A stretch of 64,000 nt of DNA from Vicugna vicugna (taxonomy: Eukaryota). The translations under genes were made by a program, and so were the position numbers. Below are positions 61,906 to 64,000 of the stretch, piece after piece. How positions within the stretch are numbered: the stretch's first letter is position 1; every line of letters starts with the position of its first letter. The stretch spans positions 744,001-808,000 of the forward strand of contig MU057796.1 in NCBI GenBank assembly GCA_013265495.1, in the 5' to 3' direction. Under the pieces are notes generated by a model that saw nothing but the letters and a program-made list of their open reading frames with translations, was not told the DNA's origin and made no database searches.

Positions 61906-64000
61906 TTCTTACAGTGGTATCTGTTACTGGGAATCTAGATAGAATTCTTTCTACAGAGCAAGCTCCTTTTGTGTACTACTCTTTGGTGTAACATTAGCAA
62001 GACTACTGCAGTTACATATTAGAGCCCTTTTTCTAGGGCGTTTAAAATTTGAACAGTTCTACTTTACCATTAATACATTTCTCTCCATGTAATAAACACA
62101 ATCTAAAGGAAAAGAAGTAAAATAATTATAGATTATATTTGTTATAAAGAAAATCTACCTCTATCTATGTATCTTTAATTACTGGGTGAAAATCTTGGGA
62201 TTTGGCATATAATTAAGTTCACAGGTGGGCATTTTGTAATAGGGTTTTCCTATGTATTAATGCAGTTTAGTCACCCCATCCATTTATTCTAAGTAAATAC
62301 TAGAGTTTATGCATATGTTTAAATTTCATGCCTTATCTGCTACAGAAGGGAAGTGAATTTAAGAGGTAAAGCATTAATTTTTATAGTTTAAATCATAACT
62401 TGTAAAGTTTCTGTATTGGTTTTTATGAATATTTTTCTCTTTAGTTATTTTGAGCATGTCAGTGATGTCACCCAGCTTACTGAAACTAGCCCCTCTTCCT
62501 ATTTGAATTTGTTTCTTACAACTTTGTTACAGTAGAACCCAAATAATTGTCCAAACAAGATAAAATATTGCTGACAGAAAGGCCTAAAGGTGTTCTGAGT
62601 CAAGTCTATCAGTTTCAGAATCAGCAACCTCTTCAGCTGTCTAGAATTGATGAAAATAATTGTAACAAGTAAGAGTTGGTAACAGAAAAGGTCTTATAGA
62701 GTATCTGTAATGTATGATAGTAAATGTCAACAGTTTATGGTCTTGTTTGTTCATTCTCCTGTGCTTCTGCTTTTGTTTGCCCAGAATGTGATCATAATCC
62801 TACTAAGCGTTCATGGTCCAGCCTCGACATGTCTTGTGTTGTGACTGCTGCTCCTCTTACTCCCTTGTTGCTCCTGTCATTTCTTCCAACTTCCTATCTT
62901 CTTATATCTGTGATAATACCTGATTTATCTGTTTTCCCTCAGTGCCTGGTAGAGTAAACACCAGGTGCACTGTGCTAAGTATGCATGAAATGCAAAGGTT
63001 AACGATACACTGTAGTAGTTTACTGTTTACTTTTTCTGAGTATTTCCTCTGAGTCAGGCACTGTGCTAATTTTCGTCTACATTTTATAGAGTGGGGCCAG
63101 TGAAAAACATCTGGCTAAAACAAGGATTCAGATTCAAATCTGACTCCGGAGCTGTTAACTATTTCTATCCCTTAGGAAAACAAACAAACAAAAAACCAAA
63201 TTATTATACTAGGACAAAATAGAGACTAAAAGAGGGGAGAGGTGGGTGCAGAGAAAATGATACATGAATTAAAGGTCATGATAAATATGTTATAGACTTG
63301 CATGAAATGAAGGCTGCATTCTAAGGGTGGGAAAAGATTAAGCAAAAAGACAAGATGTGGGATGTGAAACTTCATGCTATATTTGGAGAATAATAATTGG
63401 TTCAGTAGGGCTGAACCATATTCATACTAGGAGATTAAGATGGAAGCAGAAGTTGGGATCAGAGGCAATACACCTGGCATAATCGTTTCTTCTCATGCTA
63501 TCTTCACTATACACTGTTTGCATGCTTATCTCAGTATAAAACACTAAACGTGAATACCCAAGGCGTGACTGTAAAGGTATTCGTGGAAGTAGAACAGCCT
63601 CCTTAAAGAGCAGTAAGAACTTCTCTTAAAGCTGTAGTAAAACTTTAAAGTATTAGAAACTGAGCGCTGTGACTGTTTTTCATAAACCGTGCTTAAAATA
63701 GCAGAAAGGGAGGCAGGATTGCGGTGGGTGGGGGGGTGTCGGGTCAGGGATGTCCTCACTTCGCATTTATACTAATCCAAGCCTACCAAGCTTCATGACT
63801 AGTATTGTGCGGACAAATACCAGTCATCTTTCCAGGCATTCATTTTCATCTGAAAAACATGAAGTCTGTATATATGGAGGTTCCCCCTGGTGCAGCTCAT
63901 AGTTTTAAAATCAGTGGCAGTGGGTAGCATGAAGGAAGAGCAGAGCGGGAAAAGTCGGTCACGGGTGAAGAGGAAGAGCAAATATCCCTGTGACACAGCA

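Noticed and set aside
53236..64000. Further MINDY3 exons or another gene
   Set aside because: No segment encoding the expected next peptide (DMALVAPEAPSEQ, from recall) was seen, and the short ORFs here have no recognisable homology.
1..64000. CRISPR arrays, operons or other prokaryote-type systems
   Set aside because: The sequence is mammalian intron/exon DNA with eutherian repeats and has no regularly spaced repeat-spacer array.

Overview
Mammalian genomic DNA, almost certainly a camelid: three tRNA-Ala(AGC)-derived vic-1-type SINEs are present. The window holds the CpG-island promoter and coding exons 1-10 of the deubiquitinase gene MINDY3 (FAM188A) on the + strand. The spliced CDS is 882 nt (294 codons), all introns are GT-AG, no stop interrupts it, and catalytic Cys51 and His287 are intact. 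The remaining exons lie beyond the window end. Intron 8 carries a near-full-length, sense-oriented, disabled GNAI2 processed pseudogene. Two nested sets of target-site duplications indicate that it inserted into the extended tail of a vic-1 SINE. The rest is transposable-element debris: a decayed ERVL reverse transcriptase split by a MaLR LTR, several MLT1 LTRs, L1/L2/MIR pieces, Charlie1/MER58/MER53/Tigger DNA elements and a young ERV1-type solo LTR. I see no convincing new multi-gene system. The best leads are the SINE/GNAI2 composite and its possible effect on MINDY3 processing, an overlapping uORF in the MINDY3 leader, and the intact antisense LTR. Repeat family names and reference protein comparisons come from my recall of consensus sequences, not from a search.
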